Assembly: GCA_965223905.1 (NCBI GenBank)
Contig: CBDCXV010000009.1
Coordinates: forward strand, 576,001 to 640,000
Origin: Candidatus Latescibacterota bacterium
GTDB lineage: Bacteria; Latescibacterota; UBA2968; UBA8231
DNA length: 64,000 nucleotides
Direction of reading: 5' to 3'
The notes under the pieces were generated by a model that was not told the DNA's origin, searched no databases, and was given only the letters and a program-made list of their open reading frames with translations. Numbering within the stretch: the first letter of the stretch is position 1; every line of letters begins with the position of its first letter. Shown piece by piece: positions 47,564-57,305 of this stretch. A program made the translations under genes and the position numbers.

Positions 47564-47638
47564 TGCCCCTCCGCGCCAGCCAGTTCCCTTAAAGGCTCCG
47601 CGCCGGATTTTGTCGATCCATTCCTGAGGCAGGACGAG

Positions 47639-48046
47639 TTGCGGGCCTTCTTTGACACCAACGTCGTCATCTCCGGTCTCCTGTCCTCCACGGGCACATG
47701 TGGCAGGTTGCTCGACCTGGTCCTGGAATCAGCGGTCGTACTGTGTTTGGGCTCTCGAATTCTCACTGAGTACCGGGAAGTCGCCCGGCGCCCCGAGTTG
47801 GGGATCGATGCCATCGATGCCAACCGGGTGCTGGATTTCCTGGAGACAAGCTCCATCCCGGTCATCGCCCTGCCCCTGCAGGAGGTGCTTCCCGACTCGG
47901 ATGATCTGCCGTGGCTCGAGGTCGCTGCTGCAGAAGGTGTACCACTGGTGACCGGGAATATCCGGCACTATCCCAAACGCTCGAGGTGCGGAGTGACGGT
48001 CTTGAGTCCCCGTCAGTTCCTCGACCGTCTACGTGGCGAGGCGTGA
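47639..48046 (+). CDS. PIN-domain toxin
   Basis: FFDTNVVISG, EY.EV, PDSDD, LVTGN.RHY. Downstream of the Phd antitoxin. Confidence 0.85.
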   Translation: MRAFFDTNVVISGLLSSTGTCGRLLDLVLESAVVLCLGSRILTEYREVARRPELGIDAIDANRVLDFLETSSIPVIALPLQEVLPDSDDLPWLEVAAAEGVPLVTGNIRHYPKRSRCGVTVLSPRQFLDRLRGEA

Positions 48047-49537
48047 AGCTTCTCCGTTTTCGCCCAGCCGCGCCGCGATCCGGGTGAACTGCTCAAGCGC
48101 CGCCTCGAGGTCGTCGGCGATCTCCGCGGCGATGACGTCGGGCGCCGGCAGCGAGTCGGTGTCGGTCAGGCTCTCGTCCTTGATCCAGAACAGGTCGAGG
48201 CTCAGCTTGTCGCGCTTCTGCAGGTCCTCGTAGTCGTAGCAGCGCCAGCGGCCGGCCGGGTTGTCCTCGCTCCAGGTCTCCGCGCGCTCGTACATGCGGC
48301 CCGGCTTGTAGCATTCGACGAACTCGTCGAAGTCCTCGCGCCGGATCGGCTTCTGCTTCAGCGTGAAGTGCATGTTGGTGCGCAGGTCGTAGACCCACAG
48401 CCGGTCGGTCTAGGCCTCGGCCCGGCCCTCCTTCTTGTCGAAGAAGATCACGTTGGCCTTGACGCCCGGCGAGTACCAGATGCCGGGCGGCAGCCGCAGC
48501 AGGGTGTGGACGCGGCACTTCTCCAGCAGGTTGCGGCGCACCCTTTCTCCCGCTCCGCCCTCGAAGAGCACGTTGTCCGGCAGCACCACGCCGGCGCGGC
48601 CGTCGATCTTCAGCAGGCTGTAGATGTGCTGCACGAAGTTGAGCTGCTTGTTGCTGGTGGAGGTCCAGAAGTCCTCGCGGACGACGACCGGATCCTCCTT
48701 CTCCGTGTCGCCTTCCTCGTTCACGAAGAGCAGGCTCTGCTTCTTGCCGAAGGGCGGATTGGCGAGGACCATCGAGTACTCGCCGCCCCACGGGGCCGAG
48801 AGGCTGTCGTGGCCGGTGTGCACGACCACCTCCTCGCCGCCGATGCCGTGTAGGTAGAGGTTCATGGCGCACATGCGGCCGACCTTGGGCGAGATCTCCA
48901 TGCCCTCCACCAGATCGGTCTGGAGAGCCCGCTTCTCGTCGCGGTCGAGGCCGCTCTCGTACCGGTCCAAGACGTACTGGTAGGCGTTGCACAGGAAGCC
49001 GCCGGTGCCCGCCGCCGGATCGCAGATACGGTCCCCGGGCGCCGGCTGCATGACCTCGCACATGGCCTGGATGACCGGGCGCGGCGTGAAATACTGGCCC
49101 GCACCGCGCGAGGACTCCTGGGCCGAACGGGAGAGCAGCTCCTCGTAGATCGTGCCCTTCACATCCACCGGCAGGGACAGCCAGTCCACCTGATCGAGGA
49201 GGTTGGCGATGAGCTGCTTCAGGCGAGCCGGGTTACGGATCTCGCAGCGCGCGCCCCTGAAGATGACCCCAAGCATTCCGCGCTCGGCCCCCAGCGTCTC
49301 CAGGCTCTTTCGGTACTGATCTTCAAGCGCCGCGCCGTCGAGCGGCAGCAGCGCCTTCCAGCCGAACTCCGGAGGAACGAGCGTTTCGCGCTCGTAGGGC
49401 GGCTCGGTGAGCTGGTCCGCCATCTTGAGGAAGAGCAGCAGGGTCAGCTGCTCGACGTACTCGAAGCAGGAGAGCCCGTCGTCCCGCAAGACGCCGGCGT
49501 AGTTCCAGGCCCGCTTGCCGATTTGCGATGCGTCCAT
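48029..49537 (-). pseudogene. hsdM: Type I R-M methyltransferase HsdM with an in-frame TAG at 48410-48412
   Basis: GAGQYFTPR, DPAAGTGGFL, NPPFG. The same frame continues after the stop (EA*TDRLWVYDLRTNMHFTLK...LDLFWIKD) into ORF 48029-48373. Confidence 0.88.
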
Positions 49538-49540
49538 TGC

Positions 49541-49935
49541 TCAGACCGTGATGGCCAATGGATGCCCGATGAGCTGCCGGTCCGTGGTGAGGAGCCTGAG
49601 GTCCTCTTCCTGGGCCTGAGCAGGAGTAGCTCGTCGAAGGGGTCTCTGTGGGAGAGAGGGGTCTGCAGCTCGCAGGCGGCGTGACGCTCGGTCATCGGCA
49701 CAAAGGTTATGTCCAGTCCTTCGAGCGCGGCGACCACCTCGGCGGGGTCGAAGGGGCTCTTGCGCTCGCCGGACGCTCGACGAGCGTGGTACTTCAGCCG
49801 CATTTCCCAGATCGAAACGGCGCTCACGTAGAGACGGGGAACCCGTTCATCGAGGATTCGTTGCACGGTTTCCGAGAACTGTCCGGGCGCCGCCATGAAC
49901 CCGTAGAGGTAGAACGTGTCGAGAAGAATGCCCAC
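49541..49935 (-). CDS. vapC: VapC/PIN toxin with a 1-bp deletion near 49620
   Basis: ILLDT, SAVSIWE, HRDPFD. Adding one base restores LLAQAQEEDLRLLTTDRQLIGHPLAITV*, ending 3 nt before the hsdM ATG. Confidence 0.82.
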
Positions 49936-49946
49936 GGCAATCCCGC

Positions 49947-50228
49947 CTATTCCTCACCCTCGAGACCGAGCACTCGACGGCTGAAGGCCGCGTCCTCGAA
50001 GTCCGCCTTCCAGGCGGCCACCTCTTCCGGCGAGGCGTCCTTGATCCCGAGGCGGCGACGGTTTGCGTTCAGCCGGTCCCAGTCAAATCCGCGGCGCTGC
50101 TTTCGTTCACAGCGCACGAGTTGAACGGCCGGCTCGCCGTTCCTGGTAATCACCACTCGTTCGCCGTTCTCGGCCGCGGTGACCAACTCGGCGAGGCGGG
50201 TCTCCGCCTCATGCAGGGCCAGTTCCAT
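49947..50228 (-). CDS. Phd/YefM antitoxin, copy 1 (adjacent to vapC)
   Basis: EAETRLAELV.AAENGERVVITRNGEPAVQL, SD AGGAG. Confidence 0.87.
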   Translation of the reverse strand: MELALHEAETRLAELVTAAENGERVVITRNGEPAVQLVRCERKQRRGFDWDRLNANRRRLGIKDASPEEVAAWKADFEDAAFSRRVLGLEGEE

Positions 50229-50273
50229 GGGTCCATGCTCCTGAATGTGTGATATCGATGCTGAGCCTCCTGC

Positions 50274-50540
50274 CTATTCCTCTTCCTCGAGTCCGAGCAC
50301 TTCGCGGCTGAAGGCGGGAGCGTCGAATTCCTTGGGCCACCTCTCTTCGTCCCCCTTGATTCCGAGACGACGGCGGTCGGCGTCCAGTTTCTCGAAGTCG
50401 ATGCCGCCGCGCTTCTCGTTGCAGCGCACGAGCTCGACGGCTGGCTCGCCGTTCGTGGTAATGACGACCCGCTCGCCGTTCTGAGCAGCGGTAACCAGAT
50501 CCTTGAGACGGGCCTCCGCTTCCTGTAAAGTCAGCTCCAT
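50274..50540 (-). CDS. Phd/YefM antitoxin, copy 2 (no toxin downstream)
   Basis: EAEARLKDLV.AAQNGERVVITTNGEPAVEL, SD AGGAG. Paralog of copy 1. Confidence 0.87.
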   Translation of the reverse strand: MELTLQEAEARLKDLVTAAQNGERVVITTNGEPAVELVRCNEKRGGIDFEKLDADRRRLGIKGDEERWPKEFDAPAFSREVLGLEEEE

Positions 50541-50560
50541 GGTCTATTCTCCTGATGAGA

Positions 50561-50629
50561 TCAGCCAGTGTCGAGGGTATCTGCCATCTCGCGACCCTTG
50601 GTAAGGGACGTGTCCAAGAGGATTTCCAC
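50561..50629 (-). pseudogene. Stub of a deleted VapC toxin
   Basis: GTG 14 nt after the copy-3 stop reads (M)EILLDTS, matching the (M)GILLDTF start of the downstream vapC, then unrelated sequence and a stop after 22 codons. Confidence 0.6.
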
Positions 50630-50643
50630 CGGTAGCTCCCTGC

Positions 50644-50921
50644 CTATTCCATGATCTCAAGCCCTAGCACGCGGCGGCTGAGGGCGGAGTCGCGAAAGGC
50701 CGCCATCATCGCCTCCACTTCTCCCGGCGGGGCGTCCTTGATCCCGAGACGGCGACGGTTGGCGTTCAGGCGGTCCCAGTCCAGACCGCCGCGCTGCTTT
50801 CGTTCACAGCGCACGAGTCGGACGCTTGGCTCCCCCTTGGTGATGACAACTCGCTGGCCGTTCTCAGCTGCGGTGACGAGTTCGCAGAGGCGGCCTCCGC
50901 TTCTTGCAGGGTCAGCTCCAT
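50644..50921 (-). CDS. Phd/YefM antitoxin, copy 3, with a 1-bp deletion near 50892
   Basis: ATG 50921 with SD GAGGAG overlaps the hsdS stop. MELTLQEAEA / RLCELVTAAENGQRVVITKGEP...SRRVLGLEIME is joined by adding one C. Confidence 0.8.
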
Positions 50922-51249
50922 GGTTGGTGCTCCTCATGTTGCGATGTCCGGGGGCGGCGCCGCGTCTTGCCGCCGGCCCTTGCAGATCGCCCGGCCGTGG
51001 CCGCCTTCTCTTCGCGTGCTTCCCGCTCGGCGGCGATGCGCTCCAGAAGCTTGGAGGCCGGCTCGTCATGTGGATGCTGGGGTACGAGCCGGCCGCTGAA
51101 GGCGTGCTTGAGGATGGCCTGGCGAAGGTTTTTGGCGCCCTCCAGCTTGGTCCCGATGTCGGCTTCGAGACGCTCGAGGATAGAGAGTTGGTCGTCGAGG
51201 ATGTCTGTGATAGCTGCCTGCTCTCGTAGCGGAGGAAGCGGGACCAAGG
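50912..51249 (-). pseudogene. hsdS: HsdS 3' fragment (distal conserved region)
   Basis: LVPLPPLREQ, LRQAILKHAFSGRLVPQ, DEPASKLLERI. Confidence 0.88.
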
Positions 51250-53250
51250 TTGACTCCCTCGTAACAACCCCGTTTTCAAGACAGAGATTTTTTCTTGAAA
51301 CTTAGTTTCACCAACATGAAAAAGAATCGGGAATGCGCCGCAATTCAAGCTGCTTCAGCGCTCTATCGTCCGATGGCCTCGAATCGGGCTTATACGGCCT
51401 TTTTCCGGCACCGAAAGGGGCCTCCGTTCCCTTTTTCAGCCCATCGCCGGAGCTATGGCTTCGGGTTTGGGCGTAAGCGCCCGCACCATTCTCTTGATAT
51501 TGCAGGCCAGCGCTTTCAGGTAGACGGCCAACTCCACGCGCCAGCGTCCGCGCACGCGCAGGGCGCCCAGTCCGTGTCTTCGTTTCAGTTCCGAGACCGT
51601 GGCCTCGATGCCGGCGCGAATGCGATAGCGCTCCTTGAAGGCGCCGCTGGCCAGGGCGCGGCGGCGGCGTTCGAGGTTGGCCGCCCTCAGGTCCACGGGT
51701 ACGGCGTAGCCGTCCCGGGTCCTGTTCAGTTTCACCGGACAGACGGCAAGCAGGGCGCAGCTCTCACAGGCCTCGCGCTCGAAGGTCAGGGCCACATGAT
51801 GGGACTTGCCCTCACACGGCGTTTGCTCTCTGGCCAAGTGTCCGGCCGGGCAGATGGCCGGATCCCGGAGACGGGCATCGACGAGGAAATCGGCCCGGGT
51901 CACCGTTTCGGGCCGCTCCTCGACGTCGACCTGCGGGCCTTTGACCGGGCTGACCAACTCGGTGCCCAGGCGCTCGGCGGCCACGGCATTGTCGCCGGAG
52001 CCGAAGGCGGTGTCGGCGACCAGCTCGTCGGGTCGCTGCCCGCGCTCTTCGAGGGCCTCCAGCACCGGCATCGTCGCGTGCTCGTCACTGGCGCAGGCAT
52101 CGGTCACCGCTACGTGGGTGATCATGTTCACGGTGTCAGTCTTGTCGTCGTCGGCCTTGTCATCGTCGGCCTCGACGCAGGTCTCGGCGATCTGCACCTC
52201 ATACCCTTTGCCCTTGCGGCCGTTGTAGGTGGCCTCGGCATCATGAGGGCTTTGCAGCGAGTCGCTGCCGACGTGCTCAGGCGCCTTCAGCGCCACCGGC
52301 ACGCCGCCTTCGCCGGCGTCGTCCTCCTCCTCCGAGGAGTGCTGCTTGTCCGCGATCACCTCACACTGCTCCCACAGCAGGCGCTGCAGCAGCGCGTAGG
52401 ATGCCAGGCCCTCGGCCGCCGTGCCCGCACACAGCTGATGGAGACGATACAGGTCGCGGGCGCACACCGGCAGCCGCCTCTTGCCCGTGCCGGAGGGCGC
52501 GTCCTGGTAGGCCGTGGCGCTGCCGTCCTTCTTCAGGTAGCGAAGGCGCAGGCGCTTCGGCACCCGCCCGTACAGGCGCGGATGCTGCGACGCCAGGGTT
52601 TTCAGAAAATGACGGATCGTCTCACAGAAAAGGCCCAGGCGCGTCAACACCTCGATGTTGCTGATCACGTGGGTGGAGTCCAGACGCTGTCGAGTGACCT
52701 TCGTACCCAACGCTTGGAGAATGCCATCCGTGGTCGCCTCGAACGCCTGCCGGCCGCCGTCATGGGCCAGCAAGCGGGCGCGGAAGTTGTGCAGCGTCAG
52801 GACGTTGTTAGTCCTCGTCTTCTGCGCCAGGTGGGCCTCGTCCGGAGTCAGCTCCAGGGCGTGCTGCCACAACAGGCTGAACTCCAGCTGCTCCAGCGCC
52901 TCGGCGTCGGTCAGAGCAAACATCTCCTTGAGCAGAAGAACGCCCAAGACCGTCGCCACCGGTTGGTTGGGACGACCGTTGTCGTCGCAATACAAGGGCG
53001 CGAACTGTTCTTCGTCGATCAGCGGCAAGGCGTGCGCGCGAAAGGTCTCGGCCCAGGTCGCCTGCAGGCGCCGCTGCTTGGCCGGAGGCACCAGGTTGCG
53101 ACTCTCGAACAGGGTGCGTTGCGAATCCTTCGTACGAAACATCAGCCCCATCCACTAGAGAGGAAGTGTGTGACGGATTGGTATACACCAATATACCAAG
53201 AACCCCTGATTATCAGGGCTGTGAAGGGGGGGTTTTTACGAGAGAATCAA
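51250..53250 (-). mobile_element. About 2.0-kb IS element (IS1182/IS5-like DDE)
   Basis: Imperfect 22-bp terminal inverted repeats TTGACTCCCTCGTAACAACCCC (51250-51271) and GGGGTTTTTACGAGAGAATCAA (53229-53250). No target-site duplication. True ends may be 2 bp inside. Confidence 0.85.
51436..53151 (-). CDS. DDE transposase (DUF772-type N-terminus, IS1182-like)
   Basis: LY.DDNGRP, RLDSTH, LVADTAFG, CPAGH, C..C.L...C, YRIRAGIEAT. Confidence 0.9.
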   Translation of the reverse strand: MGLMFRTKDSQRTLFESRNLVPPAKQRRLQATWAETFRAHALPLIDEEQFAPLYCDDNGRPNQPVATVLGVLLLKEMFALTDAEALEQLEFSLLWQHALELTPDEAHLAQKTRTNNVLTLHNFRARLLAHDGGRQAFEATTDGILQALGTKVTRQRLDSTHVISNIEVLTRLGLFCETIRHFLKTLASQHPRLYGRVPKRLRLRYLKKDGSATAYQDAPSGTGKRRLPVCARDLYRLHQLCAGTAAEGLASYALLQRLLWEQCEVIADKQHSSEEEDDAGEGGVPVALKAPEHVGSDSLQSPHDAEATYNGRKGKGYEVQIAETCVEADDDKADDDKTDTVNMITHVAVTDACASDEHATMPVLEALEERGQRPDELVADTAFGSGDNAVAAERLGTELVSPVKGPQVDVEERPETVTRADFLVDARLRDPAICPAGHLAREQTPCEGKSHHVALTFEREACESCALLAVCPVKLNRTRDGYAVPVDLRAANLERRRRALASGAFKERYRIRAGIEATVSELKRRHGLGALRVRGRWRVELAVYLKALACNIKRMVRALTPKPEAIAPAMG

Positions 53251-53522
53251 TTTTGAAAGCGACGATGCACCGTTTTGTAGTTCGGATAGCACTGCGGCAG
53301 CATGTGCCATTGGGCACCGGTATTGAGAATCCAAAGGACGGCTTCAAGAACCTCACGTGTGGCAACTGGTTTGCGGCCCGGATGGCTTTTGGGACGATGT
53401 TCTTCAGAAAAGTGATGACGGATTCGCCCCCATTGCTTGTCGGTCAAAGTAACCATATAAATAATGATACATTATCATCAATCAGACCTCAAGATTAAAT
53501 TTTGTGATTTTGAGATAGGTTC
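53251..53522 (-). mobile_element. Left-end remnant of an IS5-family element with a truncated transposase (53247-53456)
   Basis: End sequence GAACCTATCTCAAAA on the minus strand, AT-rich leader, ORF LTDKQW...GRKP...REVLEAVLWILNTGAQW..LP..YP.YKTVHRRF, cut by the second IS. Confidence 0.82.
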
Positions 53523-54598
53523 AGGCTGTTCACTCGGTTGATGACCAAATCTCCGACCTGAAGTGCGAAGGTTCCCACATCACCTTGCTCGGCCGCTACT
53601 TGCTTCAGTTCATTGCGATGTCTAACCCAGTTGTTCTGATAGTCTTCAATCCTCAGGATCTCGATTCCTTCACCATACTTTTCGCTTGGCAGATAGAGCC
53701 CATTCTGTGGTCCATATACGGAGAGGATATCTATGTTGGTCCAGCACCACCCCTCCGGCAGGCGGGAGGCGGTGTCGGGGGCTACCGGTTCCTTGTACTT
53801 GGCCTTCCAGTTCTTCGGCGGCGTCTTCCCTCTCTCACGGAACTTGCCAATCTGGTCCTTCTCCCAGCGCCGGCGGCGTTCCACGAGGATCCGTTTCAGG
53901 AGTTGGGCGCCCGGCTCGGCCTCTGGATTGCGGCGTCGCCAGTCAGCGGTGAGCGACCCTTCAACCGCGGCCTTCAGCACTGAGGCGCGATAGAGCTTCA
54001 GCCTTTCGCGCGCCCGCTCCAGCGCCGCGACGCCGGCGTCGAGATCGGAGAACAGTTCGTCGAGCGTCTCAGCAATACGGCATTGCTCCGAAAAGGGAGC
54101 GACTACTATTGGAACCGTCGACGAGAGCGGCTCTGCCGCCAGACTTGCCTGGTTTACATGATTTGCACAACGGTGTAGGAAATACCCTGACAACCACAGA
54201 AAATGCAGCTGGCGAGCAATAAACGATGGGGCAAACCCACTCTCCAAGGAGATTCTGGTCATGTGGTTGGAGTAGGCAAGACGTCCGTCTATGGATACAG
54301 AGGTCGTCTTGCCAATGAGTTTGGGGCTGTTCGTATTGTTGAACAGCACATCGCCCTTACGTAGCTCCCGGGGAATGTCGCCCGCAACGAATCTCAACAC
54401 CTTGCGATCAAGCCGTCCCGCCTGATCTATATTCATTGGGCGGAGGTGAGGTATCCCTTCTCCCCTCTGGTTGTGTTCGCCAGAAGGGAATCCAGCCGAG
54501 ACGCTGCGCGCTATCCGCTCGACACTAGTGAGAGCCCACCCCGGAACCATGTGTGACTCCGCCAAGGGATAGTGATCGAATACTAGCTTCTCGACCAT
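53523..54598 (-). pseudogene. hsdS: HsdS 5' fragment (TRD1, central conserved region, start of TRD2)
   Basis: PGWAL, GDVLFNNTNS, APFSEQCRI, LDAGVAAL...RASVLKAAVEG, LPEGWCW, GDLVINRVNSL, then the IS5 end. The start may be ATG 54550. Confidence 0.88.
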
Positions 54599-54771
54599 GA
54601 CCCCAGCGCATCCACTGAGCCAGCACTCCGATCCCTCGAAGCCATAATCAAGGGGAAAATGTTCGTTAGAGTGTTCACCAGTTCACCGGCTGAAAGATCC
54701 ACGGATTTCGTGATCATCAAGCGGTTTCCCACGGAAGAATCGCTATTGACAGCTAGTTTGCTAACGGACAC
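54583..54771 (-). CDS. Possible small protein (62 aa)
   Basis: The GTG abuts the upstream stop and the ORF fills the gap to hsdS. No recognisable motif. Confidence 0.3.
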   Translation of the reverse strand: MSVSKLAVNSDSSVGNRLMITKSVDLSAGELVNTLTNIFPLIMASRDRSAGSVDALGSWSRS

Positions 54772-55785
54772 TTAGAGATCTTGGAACACTGCCGTATGGG
54801 TGCGACCACTGCCCTGCGAGTACATATTTCTCTCATAGCTCCTCGGAATGGTGTAGGCAAGCAGCATTCTGATGGGAATCCTTGCACGCCGAAAAAGGTC
54901 AAATCCTAGTGCCTGGACCTTGGTTCCAAGCGCCGCAAGATATACGCTATCGCATCCTTGGTCGAGTATCGCAGCAACCTGCTGAGTCAACACTTCGAAG
55001 GCATCCTGCAAGTCGGCGGTCGGAGCAGACACAACACGGAATTGACCATCATAGGTTGCCCTGTGAATGATACTCTCGTTAACCCGACGACTGTGATCTT
55101 CCATGCTCTTTGCGAGGCCCGGCTCTCCAAGAACAACAACCGCCAACTCTGGTTCTAGTTCCTGAACAATTCGCTCTAGTCTGAGACGCTCATGCCCAAG
55201 AAAGGCGACCAACCCAATACGGCTAGAGCGATGCCTTCTAGGCTGGTAGGGAACATACACGGTCTTTCTCACTCCATAGCTCAATTGCCGACCAAACGCA
55301 GTTGCATAGGCTAGGGGCTCCGTATAGCAAATGCGGATAGCGTTTACCTTGAGCTCGCTGTGCAGATACTGAAGGAGAAGCAGAAGATGTAGCTTGGTGA
55401 AGCACGTTATGTCTACAGTCACGTTAGTCAAATTGAATCGCAAGCCGGCCTCGCGGAGAAAGGTTGACAGGCCTCGGACGGTACTATATGGATCGGCGAA
55501 ATTACAAGGGAGGATATCCACCGTTCTAGCCCGGGCGTCACTCAACATGTGTCGGATCGTCTGAAGGTGATATCGACCCATCGCGGTATCCAGTGTATCC
55601 TCGTAGTTGAATACGACCGCGTGGTTAAAAGAACCTGGCTTCACAAGCTCCGTGGCTCGCAGAGATCTAGGCTCGAAGCTACTAGCGACGAGAAAGACCT
55701 CAGATGCGCCCTCCATCTGAGATGCAATTCCTTCCACTGGGATTAGCCTTGGGAAGGGTCCGCTAAAACAATCCCGTCCGATCAT
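54772..55785 (-). CDS. Uncharacterised defence-island protein, putative tandem CARF-like/Rossmann fold
   Basis: Clean 337-aa ORF with lower GC. Motifs SSFEPRS, VDITCFTK, YTEP..Y, FLGHE..R, LAALGTK. Confidence 0.7.
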   Translation of the reverse strand: MIGRDCFSGPFPRLIPVEGIASQMEGASEVFLVASSFEPRSLRATELVKPGSFNHAVVFNYEDTLDTAMGRYHLQTIRHMLSDARARTVDILPCNFADPYSTVRGLSTFLREAGLRFNLTNVTVDITCFTKLHLLLLLQYLHSELKVNAIRICYTEPLAYATAFGRQLSYGVRKTVYVPYQPRRHRSSRIGLVAFLGHERLRLERIVQELEPELAVVVLGEPGLAKSMEDHSRRVNESIIHRATYDGQFRVVSAPTADLQDAFEVLTQQVAAILDQGCDSVYLAALGTKVQALGFDLFRRARIPIRMLLAYTIPRSYERNMYSQGSGRTHTAVFQDL

Positions 55786-56005
55786 GGCGAAAGAAACCTT
55801 GAAATGCTGTCTGCCAACTCATCGTGGGTATTCCACTGGGCATAGGCATCCAGCGGCACCGAGGAGAACACTTCCTCATTCGCAAGTGGGGCTCTCTCAG
55901 TGCGCATCACACGCCACGGTGAGCGCTTACCTGCGAATAACCCAAGCCTGAAGCATTGCAATAAGTCGGGGAGATCGCGTCCTGTAGTATCACAATAACC
56001 CCAAC
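55782..56005 (-). pseudogene. C-terminal remnant of a gene truncated at the 56006 breakpoint
   Basis: Open frame [27 protein letters not shown]...RFLSP* ends in an ATGA overlap with the 337-aa gene. Upstream it runs into antisense clpB. Confidence 0.55.
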
Positions 56006-57219
<1,214 letters not shown>

Positions 57220-57305
57220 CCGTTTCTTTGGGAACCGATCGGGCTCGCTTTAGTCTTGTATTGCTCGAAAAGACAACAACGAAACAGAATGGAGAGAAAG
57301 TGGAA

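Noticed and set aside
48410-48412. Amber codon in hsdM as pyrrolysine or stop-codon reassignment
   Set aside because: TAG terminates many genes in this window (fusA, ruvC, ruvB, ilvE, dnaX, alaS) and no pyl genes are visible.
49947-50921. Antitoxin repeats as a CRISPR array or integron cassette array
   Set aside because: The repeats are protein-coding paralogs. There are no regular repeat-spacer units, attC-like palindromes, cas genes or integrase.
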